From assembly GCA_038087875.1 (NCBI GenBank), contig CM075993.1, forward strand, positions 10,170,001 to 10,234,000: DNA of 64,000 bases, given 5' to 3'. Shown one piece after another: positions 1 through 14,805 of the stretch. Origin of the DNA: Malacoraja senta (Eukaryota). The position numbers and the translations under genes are program-made. Every line of letters starts with the position of its first letter. Positions within the stretch are counted from its first letter, which is position 1. Below the pieces are notes generated by a model. That model did no database searches, was not told where the DNA came from, and saw only the letters and a program-made list of their open reading frames with translations.

Positions 1-682
1 GGACATCAGTCATTTCTTTCAAGTCCTTTAATCCATCTTCATTTTGGAATATATAAGCGCTCGCTGTAACTGACCTGTAAGGAACTGTAAGGGGGGGACG
101 GTGTCCACGCTGGCCACACACTCATTTCACCCCAGCCATCATTTATGATATTGTTCACAGTGTACTATGTTTTTTTAAATTATTTTTAATTAATTTTATT
201 AGAAGCAATTGTACAAGAATAAGACGATCGACATAGCAGTTATACAATTATTGTACAGTTTCATTTTTAACCTTATCCCCTAAATCAAAAAAAAAGAAAA
301 AAGAGAAAAAAAGAAAAAAAGTGTACTATACTATAAGTGTAATAACATTATATAATTTGTTACGCTGCAGCAAGTAAGAATTTCATTGTTCCATCTGGGA
401 CATATGACAATAAAACACTCTTGACTCTTATTGCCGTTTGTCCGCTATAACCAAGCGGGGGAGGGTGGGGACAAATGCTAACCAGTTTAACCCAAGGGCC
501 AGGTGGGAAGAAAGGGGGTGTCATGGATGTTAAACAAGGGGGAATTCACAGGCTGGGGAACCACAGAGTCCCGGCCCCACAGACCCGGTAATCACTCTGT
601 GTTCATGCTGGAAGCTCCCGCCTCGTGGTACCAACTCACTGGGTAACCTGGTGGAAGTGGGGACGGGGCAGTGTATAATAGA

Positions 683-1180
683 CAATAGGTGCAGGAGCAG
701 GCCATTTGGCCCTTCGAGCCAGCACTGCCATTCAATGTGATCATGGCTGATCATCCCCAATCAGTACCCCGTTCCTGCCTTCTCCCTGTATCCCCTGACT
801 CCGTTATTTTTAAGAGCCCTATCTAGCTCTTTCTTGAAAGCATCCAGAGAACCTGCCTCCACCGCCCTCTGAGGCAGAGAATTCCACAGACTCACCACTC
901 TCTGTGAGAAAAGGTGTTTCCTCGTCTCCGTTCTAAATGCCTTACTCCTTATTCTTAAACTGTGGCCCCTGGTTCTGGACTCCCCCAACATGTTTCCTGC
1001 CTCTAGCGTGTCCAAGCCCTTAACAATCTTATATGTTTCAATGAGATATCCTCTCATCCTTCTAAACTCCAGAGTATACAAGCCCAGCTGCTCCATTCTC
1101 TCAGCATATGACAGTCCCGCCATCCCAGGAATTAACTCTGTAAACCTACGTTGCACTCCCTCAATAGCAAGAATGTCCTG
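683..1180 (-). mobile_element. CR1 (HER1-like) LINE 3' fragment
   Basis: QRRFTELIPGMAGLSYAERMEQLGLYTLEFRRMRG...SQRVVSLWNSLP, with a (TATTGTC)n tail. Confidence 0.85.
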
Positions 1181-4100
1181 GGAGAATGTAATGGGAGCCT
1201 GGCGCCGTTACCAGGTGACCGCGGCTGGCATTGACAGGGCGGCGCAGGTGTAGTGGCGCACACTGAGTCTACATCCAACCCCCATCCCCGGACCTCACTT
1301 TGTAGCAACCGCTGCACGCCCGTACCCAACGCTACACTTCTTCTCCCCGTCTCTGCCTTCCCACCGCGCTGCCTGCCGCCCGCCAACAGACAGCACCAAA
1401 CGACACCTCAGTCTGCCCTAACCACAATCTATTATATAGAAGATAGACACAAACAGCTGGAGCAACTCATCGGGACAGGCAGCATCTCTGGAGAGAAGGA
1501 ATGGATGACGTTTCGGGTCGAGACTCTTCTCTCAGAGATGCTGCCGGTCCCGCTGAGTTACTCCAGCCTTTTGTGTCTATCTTCAATTTAAAACAGCATC
1601 TGCAGTTCCTTCCTACACAAACATCCTTTGTCAGAAGTAGGGTTTTTCAACCCCTTTGACCTGAAATGTAAATTCTGTTTCTCTCCCCACAGACGCCACC
1701 TGACCTGCTGAGTATTTCCAGCATTTTTGTTTTAACTTATTAATACGATGCAGTTCACGTTGGCTGACAACTTAACTTTTAAAACTCTTAACTACAAAAC
1801 TGGGAATTCAGATAACAGGATAATTCAAAACTCAAGCAATTCCGCTTAAAAATACAGAAAGTACGATATCTCGGAATAAGCAATGTTTAATCCTTAGAGG
1901 GAACTACCAGATTAATGAAAGTGGAAACAAATACAACATAAATCTAATTGAAGAAAGCGCTTTCTAAGCGAGGTTCCTGCTCCAAATCAAAACAGAAAAC
2001 TGGTATTTTCACAATTAATCGTTTGAAGGAAAAATATTAAAACCTAGCACAACTTAACCAGACTTTGTTATCCTCCGTATGAAAAACCTGCCCCTTGTCT
2101 CCTCTTTAAATCTTTGCCCTCCAGTTTCAGACTTTCCCAACTGAGGAGGAAGACTAACATCCACCCCATGATCTCGTAAACCCACATACATGTGCGGGGA
2201 TCGTTGGTCGGCGCGGACTCGGTGGGCCGAAGGGCCTGTGCCCGCGCTGTATCTCTAAACTAAATTAAAAACACCTAAATTCCAGCCATTGGGAATGACA
2301 ATCTTAGACCAAAGGCAACAAGGTCAGAGGTAGGTACGTGCACCCATTTTACAGGGATCAAATCCATGGGTAGCTCCTCCAATAATGAGCAAGGAAGGAA
2401 CTGCAGATGCTGGTTCGCACCGAAGATAGACACAAAATGCTGGAGTAACTCAGCGAGACAGGCAGCATCTCTGGAGAAAAAGAACAGGTGACGTTTCGGG
2501 TCGGAACTCTTCTCCAGTCTAAAGAAGAGGCCGACCCAAAACACCGCCTATGCCTATTCTCCCGAGATGCTGTCTGACCCACTGAGTTACTCCAGCATTT
2601 TGTGTCTATCCTCTGATAATGAAGCAGTTTCTGCTCACATGGAACACATAACATTTTCCCACACAAGTACCAAGCAACAGCCATTGCCAGCAAAATGCCT
2701 CTCATTCACCTTCAGTGTTAGTATTGCTCACTATCCCAGGGGTCAGAGGTTGAGCTGGGCCACCTACACTGACCTTGTGTAAGTCAGATAGCAGATGTTG
2801 TGTGGATGTGGCTTCCCCCATTCCTCAGCCTCCTCGCCCGCCAGGCACTAACACGACGGGATACTTTGACCGATGGCGTGTCTGCAATGAGACTCAGTTT
2901 GGGGCCAGAGTGAACCTTGAACCCTGTATAATCAGCAACGTTTCCTTGTTCTCAGCACAGCTACAATCAACAGACCAGGGTCAAGGAAAGAGCGTTCACG
3001 TCGATCGCGGTCCTGTCTCCACCAATCTTTCCTCCATCACACACAAGAAGCACAAGAAGCACAAGACAGACACCACTGTGCAGATGCCAGGAAGTGTGTT
3101 CAGCTCTGGCTGAACAACTTCTAATCTTGAGTGTGGACTCACTCGACAAGAAGAATCATCAGACCGAGATGTCAGGCGTTATGGGGAGGAAGGCAGGAGA
3201 ATGGGGTTAGGAGGGAGAGATAGATCCCTCATTTTCCCGTCTAAAGAAGAGTCCGACCCAAGACACCACCTATTCCTTTTCTCCCTCAGTGCTGTCTGAC
3301 CCACTTAGTTACTCCAGCATTTTGTGTCTATCGTCTGATAATGAAGCAGTTTCTGCTCGCATGGAACACATAATGTTTTCCCATGCAAGTACCAAGCATG
3401 ATCGAATGGCAGAGTAGACCTGATGGGCCGAATGGCCGAATTCTGTTACTATCACTTATGAACTCAATAAAACTCCTTTGCAAAATGCGTCTCAAATCCA
3501 TGATCCCTACTCCATAAACAGCAAAGGGTCGGAACGCATCATGTTTCTAACAGACCAAAGTGCAGAGTTTGTGGAACTGATAGGTTAGTTAACTTCTGCC
3601 ACTTGTGCGGAGGTACAGTGAAAAGCTTTCTGGCGTGGACCCTTCCTCGGGCATTACGGAGTGGTTAGTGGTGATCTCCTGGCCAGGCTGGTCCAGCACA
3701 GCCTAGTCTGCATGTGAAGCAACACCCATTCCTTCTCTCCAGAGATGCTGCCTGTCCCACTGAGTTACTCCAGCATTTTGTGTCTAATACACAGGATATC
3801 TCCCCTTCACTGGCTGCTTTCTACGTCAATAATGACAAGCATCATTCATTCCTTTACCACAAGTTCTGGCCTGTTTCGTTGGCCTAATAAGCTTCATAAA
3901 ATGAAACATCCATCTAGTGAATTTGGCAACTCTTAAACATTTTCCATTCTCTATTTTAAATTGGAATGACACAGTGTCAGGCCAACACAAAATACTTTCT
4001 TGTCCTCGTTAATCGTGTAACACATCACTTGACTGATATCTTGCTGAATCATGTCTTACGCAAACTCGGAGCTCAGGAGTTACAATAACACACCGGCCAA

Positions 4101-4194
4101 TTTCAAAGGGCAAGGATAACTGTTTGATATTTGAGCATGATTCTTCAAGCACGTGGGAGGAAGTGTGAAGAATGATAAAGAGTTGGTTGTCACA

Positions 4195-5115
4195 TGTGGC
4201 ACAGCGGTAGAGTTGCTGCCTTATTGCACTTACAGCCCCAGAGACCCCTGTTCGATCCCGACCATGGGTGCTGTCAGCACGGAGTTTGTACGTTCTCCCT
4301 GTGACCCGCGTGGGTTTTCTCAGAGATCTTCGGTTTCCTCCCACACCCCAAAGACATACAGGTCTGGAAGTAAATTGGCCCTGGTGTGTGTAGGATAATG
4401 TTAATGTCGGTACAGACTTGGTGGGCCGAAGGGCCTGTTTCCGCACTGTATCTCTAAACAAATCTATCAATGGAACGAGACATTACTCAAAGCCAGAACG
4501 TAGAAACAAGGAACTGCAGATGCTGATTTACAAAAACAAAAAGACACAAAGTGCTGGAGTAACTCAGCGGGTCAGGCAACATCTTGGGAGGTGAATTTTT
4601 AGTTGGGGACCTTTCTTCGAATCCATCCAGTGTACATAAGTGATAGGAGCAGGATTAGGCCATTCAGCCCATCAAGTCTACTCCACCATTGGCTGATCTA
4701 TCTTTCCCTCTTAACCCCATTCCCTGCCTTCTCCCCATAACCCCTGACACCCGTACTGATCAAGAATCTATTTATCTCTGCCTTGAAAACATCCATTGAT
4801 TTGGCCACAGCCTTCATTAGTTTTAGTTTTAGAGATACAGCGAAGAAACAGGCCCTTCGGCCCACGGACCAGCGATCCCCGCATATTAACACTATCCTAC
4901 ACACACTAGGGACAATTTACACTTATACCGAGCCAATTTACCTACAAACCAATACGACTTTGGAGTGTGGGAGGAAATTGAAGATCTCTAGAGAAAACCC
5001 ATGCGGGTCACGAGGAGAACGTATAATCTCCGTGCAGACAGCATCCCTAGTCGGGATCGAACCTGGGTCTCAGGCGCTGCGAGCGCTGTAAGGCAGCAAC
5101 TCGACCCCTGTGCCC
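4195..5115. mobile_element. Two V-SINEs in opposite orientation (4195-4460 +, 4818-5115 -)
   Basis: Same consensus as above. Others at about 13070-13355 (-), 23388-23690 (-), 25010-25285 (+), 38850-39330, 39950-40230 (+), 51810-52090 (-) and 52440-52680 (-). Confidence 0.8.
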
Positions 5116-8100
5116 TGGACTCCACGGATTCACCACCCATCAGACAGCAACATGGTTCTCTCTGAGTGATAAAGTAACAACATCTATCGGAAGTTAGCAC
5201 ATCCTAAAATAATCGATATGCCACGAGCTTCAAACTATTTCAAATTGAGAGCATAAAGTCTTCACAAGTGAACTCCCAGGGATTGTAGAGTTGTGTATTA
5301 ATAAGATTAAGAAGTCATTCACTGCGTTAAGCTGCCCCTGCCTCAAAGGTATTTCAAGCGAAGGAGGTGATGTGAATGTTATTCCGCTTGTTCACATTCA
5401 CACACCGTGGTGCAGTTACAGAGGCAGCATTGACGTATTTGAGGTCAGTCTTAAGTATATTATGTGGAGGTCCAGCCAGCGGTCAATAAAAAAAAAAAAG
5501 CTCATTATTTTTGGACACACGGCCTCAGAATGCCAGAAGAATCAGAGCACTAATCTTTGACCATCTGATTATAAACCAAACTCCAAACCTTCCAAGTCAG
5601 ACCAGAACAAACTCTCCCACATGGCCATATATCTTTCTGTGTTGAGGATTACATTTCTCAACCAGAAGGCTTGGTTTCCTGTCAATGTGTTTTTGGCCAG
5701 TGAATAATTAAATACTGGAACACCCATGTGGTTATGTAGAACGAGCACAAAGCGGATTGTTGTGGGTAGTTTTCAGCATGAAACAGTCCCGACAGGAGAC
5801 GTGCAGAAATCTCCTGGTCTCTGGAATGTTTTGAGGGGAGAAGCCCCTTGGAGCAAAGATCCTGTAGCCTTGGAGTGCCCGGGTCAGACTCGTGAGAGCA
5901 ACGTGACAGAGCTTTAGAGGCTGAGAGGACAAACATACTCATTCGCACACTGTGGGGGAGGAAGGGGGAGAGAGGGGGGGGGGAGAGGGGAGAGTACGCA
6001 CACAAGGCTGGGGGAGGGGTGGGTGGGAGTCATGGTAAATGTCCACTGACGTTTAACTAGCGACATATAAAAGGTCATCGTCCCCGGGTGCTCCGGTTTC
6101 CTCCCACACTCCAAAGAGTACAGCTTTCAAGGTTAATTGGCATCGGTAAAGTTGTCCCCTCATCGAGCAGCATGTGGTCTGAGCGGATAAAGGTTTGCAC
6201 AACGCGGGACTGCAACCCTGCTTCAAGTGGGAGCTGTAATTGACTCGATGATATCTGCCTATCTGTACCTCTGGTTATTGATTCACCTGCCCTGGGTAAA
6301 GGACTCTGTTCATTCACCCTATCTATTCCCCTCGTGGTCTTATACAGCTCTATAAGATCGCCCCTCGTACAATCCTGCACACTAGGGACAATTTACAATT
6401 TTACCAAAGCCAATTAACCTACAAAAATATCTCTTGTTTCCCTTTCCTCGGACTCTCAGTCTGAAGAAGGGTCTCGACACGAAACGTCACCTATTCCTTT
6501 CCTCCAGAGATGCTGTCCGACCCGCCGAGTTACTCCAGCTTTTTGTGTCCTTGGTTTTACCAGCATCTGCAGTTCCTTCCTACATATTTAACTTACAAAC
6601 CTGTACTCATTGGAGTGTGGGAGGAATCCGGAGCAGCTGGAGATGGCGAGCTTTTACAAATCGCTGGTCATGCATCAGGGCCTATTTACCATGATTACCA
6701 GCCACCCCTCCCACCCTCACCTCACCCACCCACCCACCCCACCTCATTCACACACCCAACCCACCCACCCACACCTCACCCACCCACCCACCCCAGCCCA
6801 CCCACCCCTGCTCACTCCATCAATGGCAGAGTAGGCGATGGGCTGAATGGCCTAATTCTGCTCCAATCACTTGTGAACACTGGGTGGATTTGAATAAGGG
6901 TCCTGACCCGAAACATCACCTATCCATATTCTCCAGAGATGCTGCCGGACCTGCTGAGTTACTCCAGCACTTTGTGTCTTTTTGTTTTGTAAACTAGCAC
7001 CTGCAGTTCCTTGTTTCTACATTCTCGAACATAGTCTGCACGCCGTCAGCCTTCAGCACTGACACAAGTGCCTGTGTTATGGAGCACGCGACTTCCAAAC
7101 CATTGAAATGCCTTCACGCCTCTCCTTGACCACCACAAGACTGGTGGGGGAGGGGAATGGAGGAGTTAACCTTACCACTACGACCCCCCCCCCCCCTCCC
7201 CTCCCATCCACAGGCTCCTTGCTGCCACTGGATCTATTCTCCTTACTACATGTAGGAGGCCCTGTGCTGGCACTCGCTGGAGTTTAGATGAATGAGGGGG
7301 GGACCTCATTGAAACATACAGAATAGTGAAGGACTTGGATAGAGTGGATGTGGAGAGGATGTTTCCACTAGTGGGAGAGTCTAGGACTCAAGGTCACAGC
7401 CTCAGAATGAAAGGACGTTCTTTTAGGAAGGAGATAAGGAGGAATTTCTTTAGCCAGAGGGTGGGGAATCTGTGGAATTCTTTACCACAGATGGCTGTGG
7501 AGGCCGTCAGTGGATATATTTAAGGCAGAGAGATAGATTCTTGATTATTATGGGTGTCGGAGGTTGTGGGGAGAAGGCAAGAGAATGGGGTTGGGAGGCA
7601 GAGATAGATCAGCCATGAATGAACGGCGGAGTAGACTTGATGGGCCGAATGGCCTAATTCTGCTTCCATCACATGATCTTAACTTTGCAGATACCCAGCT
7701 GGGGGCGTTGTCATTCCCTCTTCTCCCCTCTCCTGTCGCGCAGAAGATATGAGAGCTGGAATGAATCTACCACCAGATTCGGAAAAGGCTTCTGCCCCGC
7801 TGTTATCGACTTAAATGGTCCTCTCATGAGCTAAGAGTGCTGACCTACTATTTTCCTCATCGGTGACCCTCGGACTCTCCTTGATCGGACTTTGCTGGTT
7901 CTACCTTGCACTAAACGTTGTTCCCTTATCATGTATCTGTACACTGTCAATGGCGTGATTGTAATCATGTATTGTCTTTCTGTTGACAATAAACTAAACA
8001 CTTTATTTTAAAATTGTACTTTCCAATTTTAACGCTGTTACACCATATTCTGCACTCTGGTATTTTTCTCTTGATACTACCTGTTGTCCATGTCCCGGGC

Positions 8101-11100
8101 TTGATTGTACTGGTGTATAGTATGATTTGACTGGCTATCAGGCACACTGGCTAAGACCTTATTCCTTGGAGCACAGAGGGTTGAGGGATAATCTTATAGA
8201 GGTGTACGAGATCATGAGGGGATTAGATAGGGTGAATGCACAGAGTAGGTGAATCAATAACCCGAGGACATAGATTTAAAGTGAGAGATGAAAGATTTAA
8301 TAGAAACCTGGGACCAACATTTTCAGCCAGGATGGAGGGTATAAAGGAACAAGCTGCCGGGCCGGAGGATGTAGTTGAGGCAGAAGCTCCTACAGCAGTT
8401 CAGATATTTGGACAGGTACATGGATAGGAAATGTTTAGAGGGATATGGGCCAAACGTATTCAAATAGAACAAGCCGAGATGGGGCATCTTGAACAGCATG
8501 GACGAGATGGGCCGAATGGCCTGTTTCCATGCTCTATGGGAGATGCCTGGCAGTAAACCTGGGTGAAGCCCCTGGACTAACAGGGGAGGCAGAGTGTTTA
8601 CAGAGCAGGAACGAGGGTTCGATCCTGACTGCGGGTGCTACCAGTTCGGAGTTTGTACGTTCTCTCTGGGACCACGTGGGTTTTCTCTGGGTGCTCTGGT
8701 TTCCTCCCACACTCCAAAGACATGCAGGTTTGTAGGTTAATTGGCTTTGGTAAAATTGTAAGTTGTCCCTAGTGTGAAGGATAGGGCTAGTGTATGGGGA
8801 TCGCTGGTCGGCGCGGACTCGGTGGGCCAAAGGGCGACATCCAAGTGTCACAACGAGAGAGGTGATGGTTTAGTATTCATCAAAAACAAGAATGGACACT
8901 TAAACAGGAAGTTAAAATGAAGCAAAACAATAGAAATATGTTTGCTGTATGCTATTTTTGTAAAGTAAAATATCACTCACAATGCCACGAATTATGGTGG
9001 AAGAAACATTCAAAATAGCTGTCAAAAGGGGAAGTCCGTGAGGGTTTAGTGGCCACAAGCTCCTGCTAAGAACCTGCACAGGGTAGATGAGACAAGTGAG
9101 GACACAAGGTGCTGCAATAACTCAGTGGGTCAGGCAGCATCTCAGGAGAACATGGACAGGTGACATTTCAGGTCAGGACCCATCTTCAGACACAAAACAT
9201 CATCTGTCCATGTTCACCAGAGATGCTGCCTGACCCGTTAAGTTACTCCAGCACTGTGTGTGTGACTTTTGTAAACCAGCATCTGCAGTTCCTTGCATCT
9301 ACGTCTTAAAGAAGATGCAGTTTATTGGTGTTTGGGTTGTCAAAGTTGTACAGCATGGCGACAGGCTTGTGTCCATTTGTGGAAAGCAGCATCTGCAGTT
9401 CCTTGTTCTCACTGGATGAGTCAAGTGGTCTACTTCTGTGCTTTAAAAGCCAGCAATGAGTGCCTTTACAACGGAAGTTACCGAGAAGTGGTCAGAAGCA
9501 AGTCAAGTTTTCAAATAGAATTGCTGGCGTTGATCAGATAAAAGGACACATCCCCCTCCGTTGTGGGCAGCCTGAGAATCAAGAACAAACCATCCCCAGC
9601 ATCTGCACCGAGTGACAGACGTCTGGGTTGACAGAACGTTCTGTAGAGTTGGCAGCTACCTCTGTAGTGGTGCCCAGTGTCACCTGTTCCATGCTCAAAT
9701 TAGCCATTGCAAACTTTGCTTCCCATTCCAGGGCCCTGGCACCGGAGAGTTGTCTGGGATCGAGGGAGGATACCAGCCCACAGCAGCCTCACACACACAC
9801 ACACACACAAATTCCATGACACTCAATGAGTTCCTGCTTGGAGAGGAGTTACACAAAGTGGCTGGCTCTGGTTCCAACACTCTCTCTAAATTCTGAACGC
9901 CTTTTTAGAGTTCTCCTTCAACTTTCCGGCTTCAGTGTTCCTGGTGTCACACATGGAAAGTCCCTCAGTCCAGGGATGGTTCCACAGGCAATAGACAATA
10001 GGTGCAGGAGTAGGCCATTCGGCCCTGCGAGCCAGCACCGCCATTCAATGTGATCATGACTGATCATCCCCAATCAGTACCCCGTTCCTGCCTTCTCACC
10101 ATATTCCCTGACTGCTATTTTTAAGCCCTATCTAGCTCTCTCTTGAAAGCATCCAGAGAACCTGCCTCCACCGCCCTCTGAGGCAGAGAATTCCACATAG
10201 TAGAGATACAGCACAGAAACAGGCCCTTCGGCCCACCGAGACCGCGCCAACCAGCGATCACCGTATACTGACACTATCCTACGCGCACTAGGGACAATTT
10301 ACACAAGCCACAGATTAACTACCCTGTGACTAAAGAAGTTCCTCCTCACCTCCTTTCTAAAAAAGCACCCTATAATTCTGAGGCTGTGATCTCTGGTCCT
10401 GGACTCTCCCACCAGTGGAAACATCCTCTCCACATCCACTAACTATCATTCAGGATGGTCTGTGACGACACAGTGGTGCGACCCAGTGTAGTCCGGGGTC
10501 TGAATGAGTCAGAGTTTGTGAGAGTGTGGGAGGTCAGACGACCATGACCCTGACCAGGTGTGAAAGTGACACAGATATGGAGGTGTATCTCAACAGAAGG
10601 GCAGATGAGTTAGGAACAACGCATTATTGTTTCCATTCAATGACAATACTCTTGCTTTTGGTCAGAACCTGAACGTCCCCCTTAAAGTCAAGCACAACTC
10701 GGCTATGGGAGTCCCCTGACTCTGTCTGAAGAATGGTCTCGACCCTAAACGTCACCCATTCCTTCTCTCCACAGATGCTGCCTGTCCCGCTGAGTTACTC
10801 CAGCATTTTGTGTCTATCTTAGGCAATGGGAATAAATCTATAGTCCACTGAAAACATTCCTCTCTGCCAGTTTCCAGTATACACCTGGGAGAACCAAGCA
10901 CAGTGTATTTTATTAGAAATCAAGGTTGTTGAGAATAATCACATTAACCTGATAGGTATACAAAATGATGAGAGGCATAAATAGGGTAAAGAGTCAGAAA
11001 CTGAAGGAGGGTTTCGGCCCGAAACGTTGCCTATTTCCTTCGCTCCATAGATGCTGCCGCACCCGCTGAGTTTCTCCAGCATTTTTGTGTACCAGTCAGA

Positions 11101-12115
11101 AACTTTTTCTCTGGATGGAAAAATCATATACAAGAGGACATAGTTTTAAGGTGAGAGAGGCAACATTTAGGGATGACCAGGGTGAGTGTCTGGAACAAGC
11201 TGCCAGGGTTGGTGGTTGAGGCAAATATGATTTGGCTTTAAGGATAGATGGATAGGCAGGGAATGGAGTGATATGGATTATGCACGGGTAAATCAGTGAT
11301 GGTAGACATAAAAAGCTGGAGTAACTCAGTGGGACAGGCAGCATCTCATTCCTTCTCTCCAGAAATGCTGTCTGAAATACTCCAGATTTTTGTGTCTATC
11401 CTCGATTTAAACCAGCATCTGCAGTTCCTTCCGACACATATTGAGGTGATGGTCTATGTTTCTATAGTTAGATAGAGCTCTAGGGGCTGGTGGAATCAAG
11501 GGATATGGGGAGAAGGCAGGCACGGGTTATTGATTGGGGACCATCAGCCATGATCACAATGAATGGCGGTGCTGGCTCGAAGGGCCGAATGGCCTCCTCC
11601 TGCACCTATTTTCTATGTTTCTACATGGTGGGCCGAAGGACTTGTTCTTGTTGCTGTACTGTTCTATGTTCTAATATTTCCGCAGATAAATAGGGCTCTT
11701 AAAAATAGCGGAGTCAGGGGATATGGGGAGAAGGCAGGAACGGGGTACTGATTGGGGATGATCAGCCATGATCACATTGAATGGCGGTGCTGGATCAAAG
11801 GGCCAAATGGCCTACTCCTGCACCTATTGTCTATTGTCTAAAGAGTGTTCAACACTTTTCAATGAAATAATGATTTGCCTTCACAATAAAATAGCAAAAA
11901 TCTATAATTCCTGGTCTCATGAACAAGCATTCCAACAATAAAATGGATTGATCGATACTACCCATACCCATTACATGAATGCCCACTCACAACCTGTGCC
12001 AGGACACACCAAGCAGGTGGGGCAGGGTTGGCAGCTGGATGTTTTGTCATCACCTTTGCTGGGTTTGTCCTTATCTACTTTATATTTACAGAACATACTT
12101 TCCACCAGACCTTGT

Positions 12116-12267
12116 GGTTAAGAAGGAACTGCAGATGCTGGAAAATCGAAGGTAGACAAAAGTGCTGGAGAAACTCAGCGGATGCAGCAGCATCTGTGGA
12201 GCGAAGGAAATAGGCAACGTTTCGGGCCGAAACCCTTGGGTTTCGGCCCGAAACGTTGCCTATTTCC
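12116..12267. mobile_element. Young Penelope-derived short element (subfamily B) with fold-back end and 16 bp TSD
   Basis: ttccaccagaccttgt is duplicated at 12100-12115 and 12268-12283. Internal palindrome around cgggccgaaaccc/gggtttcggcccg. Confidence 0.8.
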
Positions 12268-14349
12268 TTCCACCAGACCTTGTTTGGGATGCCTGTCATT
12301 TTGCACCAGATAGGGTTTGGTTCTGCTTCTGTATTTTGTAGTACAGTTCTATAGGGCTGGGCAGGAGGGAAGGTTTACACACAGGTACACACCCCTTCAG
12401 CACCTAGCATTGTGCGGTTAGGCATTCAATTAGCGGGCTGCCCGCGGAGCAAAGTTCCTGGGACACGTTCGTATCCAACCTCCCTGTGGCACAAACAATC
12501 AGGGTTTGCAGTGGGTGGAGTTGTGGCTTGAAAACTGTGCTTGCAATATTTAAGATACACACAAACTGCTGGAGTAGCTCAGCGGGACAGGCGGCATCTC
12601 TGGAGAGAAGGACATGTCGGCTTGAGACCCTTCAGACTCTGAAGAAGAGTCTCGACCAGAAACGTCACCCATTCCTACCATCCAGAGATGCTGCCTGTCC
12701 CGCTGAATTACTCCAGCATTTTGTGTCTATCTTGTAATATCTAATATAGGTAATGAGCTACCTAGATATTCTGAGATTAACCGAGTAGAAAACTGAATGG
12801 CTCACCCCTTCCTCTCCTCCAAGGATAATCTTCGCTAGAACTCACCTTCCCTCGTTGAGATGACACTAATCCCCTTCCTTTCTTCCCTCCAATCTTTACC
12901 CCACCGAGGAACAACAACCCATTAGTCTGAAGAAGGGTCTCAACCCAAAACTTCACCTATTCCTTTTCTCCAAAGATGTTGCCTGACCCGCTGAGTTACT
13001 TCAGCATTTTGTGTCAATCTTTGGTGCAAAACCCTTGTGTAGGTTCCTTCCGACACAACCTACTGGTTTAGTTTAGAGATACAGCATGGAAACAGACCCT
13101 TTCGCCCTCCGACCAACGATACTATTGCACTTTTTCTCATCCACTCCCCACACACGATTGAGCAATTTACAGAGGGCCAATTAAACCTACAAACCCGCAC
13201 GTCTTTGGGACGTGGGAGGAAACGGGAGCACCCGGAGGAAACCTGCGCGGTCACGGGGAGAACATGCAAACGCCACACAGACAGCATCTGAGAGAAGGGT
13301 CGAACCCAGGTGCCCGGCGCTGCGAGGCAGCAGCACTACCCGCTGCGCCACCGGGCCACCCTCAAGACTCCAGGATCTCCAGTCTCTTGTGTCTCAACTT
13401 CTTCCCTCGAGGACTGGCCCCAATTCACCAAGCTCTCCCATAACGTTCTATCTCCATCCATGGCCATGAACTGAGAGACAAGGTCTCGACCCGAAATGTC
13501 ACCAGTTCCTTTTTTCCAGAGTTGCTGCCCAACCCGTTGAGTTACTCCAGCACTTTGTGTCTATCTTCGGTTCAAACCAGCATCTGCAGTTCTTTCCCAC
13601 ACCACACACCCTCCATCACACAGAACAGCAGCCAGCCTTTCACCATCTCCATGTTTTTTGAACTCAGGATCATCCATGTGCGTCCCCTGATTCTCTGACC
13701 AGTTCAACACTCCCTCTGAAATTCTAAAGAGGCTAATCAAAACAATCTATGCCCTCGATCAGGAATTTTCTTCGAGTGGGATGAGTTCTATATCCAACCA
13801 ATCCTATTTTTTGAGCCTAACCTCATAGCACAGCGGATACAAGTCAGGGAAGAACACCTAAGATAAACAGAAATTTGATCCGTCTCTCAACTTCTGACAC
13901 CAGGCTAACATTCATCAGATATCTGCCAACAATATTGCATTTTATAAGCTTACAATATTATGTGCGTCATGGAACAGTATAGTAGAGGAACAGGCCCTTC
14001 GGCCCACAATAACAGTGCCGAACACATTACTAAGCCAGCTCTACCCCACCTGCACATAAATACATGTAAAATAGCAATCGGAAAATATCCATGGATTTGA
14101 ACTCCAGGCGAGTGACTGCCTTGGAATCACTACATCATGTAATTCAAAGTGGAGAGGAAAGTTTAAACGCGACCAAAACACAAATACACATCACAAATTG
14201 GATATATATATATATTCAAAAGAATCCAAAATAGAAACAGACTGAAGGCGCAATGACACAACGAATATCGCTATTGTTTAGCCACACGATCGCATTAACT
14301 CATTTAAACTCACACACGTTGTCCGCGTTCAGTTTGGCAGACAGACGCC

Positions 14350-14549
14350 NNNNNNNNNNNNNNNNNNNNNNNNNNNNNNNNNNNNNNNNNNNNNNNNNNN
14401 NNNNNNNNNNNNNNNNNNNNNNNNNNNNNNNNNNNNNNNNNNNNNNNNNNNNNNNNNNNNNNNNNNNNNNNNNNNNNNNNNNNNNNNNNNNNNNNNNNNN
14501 NNNNNNNNNNNNNNNNNNNNNNNNNNNNNNNNNNNNNNNNNNNNNNNNN
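14350..14549. other. Assembly gap (200 N)
   Basis: Run of N. Confidence 1.
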
Positions 14550-14805
14550 TACTTGAAGTTAGAGAAGTCTATGTTCATACCGCTGGGGTGTAAGTTGCCC
14601 AAGTGAAATATGAGGTGGTGTTCCTCTAATTTGCGCTGGGCCTCACTCTGACAATGGAGGAGACCCAGGACAGAAAGGTCAGTGTGGGAATGGGAGGGGG
14701 AGTTAAAATGTTGAGCAACCGGGAGATCTGGTAGGTTCAGGCGGACTGAGCGGAGGTGTTCAGCGAAACAATCGCCGAGCCTGCACCTGTTCTCGCTGAT
14801 ACAGG
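14550..14805 (-). mobile_element. Penelope-like element, GIY-YIG endonuclease C-terminal remnant
   Basis: RLGDCFAEHLRSV...PVAQHFNSPSHSHTDLSVLGL...RKLEEHHLIFHLGNLHPSGMNIDFSNFK, a typical vertebrate Penelope endonuclease tail. Cut off by the assembly gap. Confidence 0.85.

Noticed and set aside
9808..9870. MTLNEFLLGEELHK as a candidate DAPK2 first coding exon (GEELGS-like)
   Set aside because: No GS followed by a phase-2 splice donor, and no similarity to the expected FKQQKVEDFYDI-type upstream residues.
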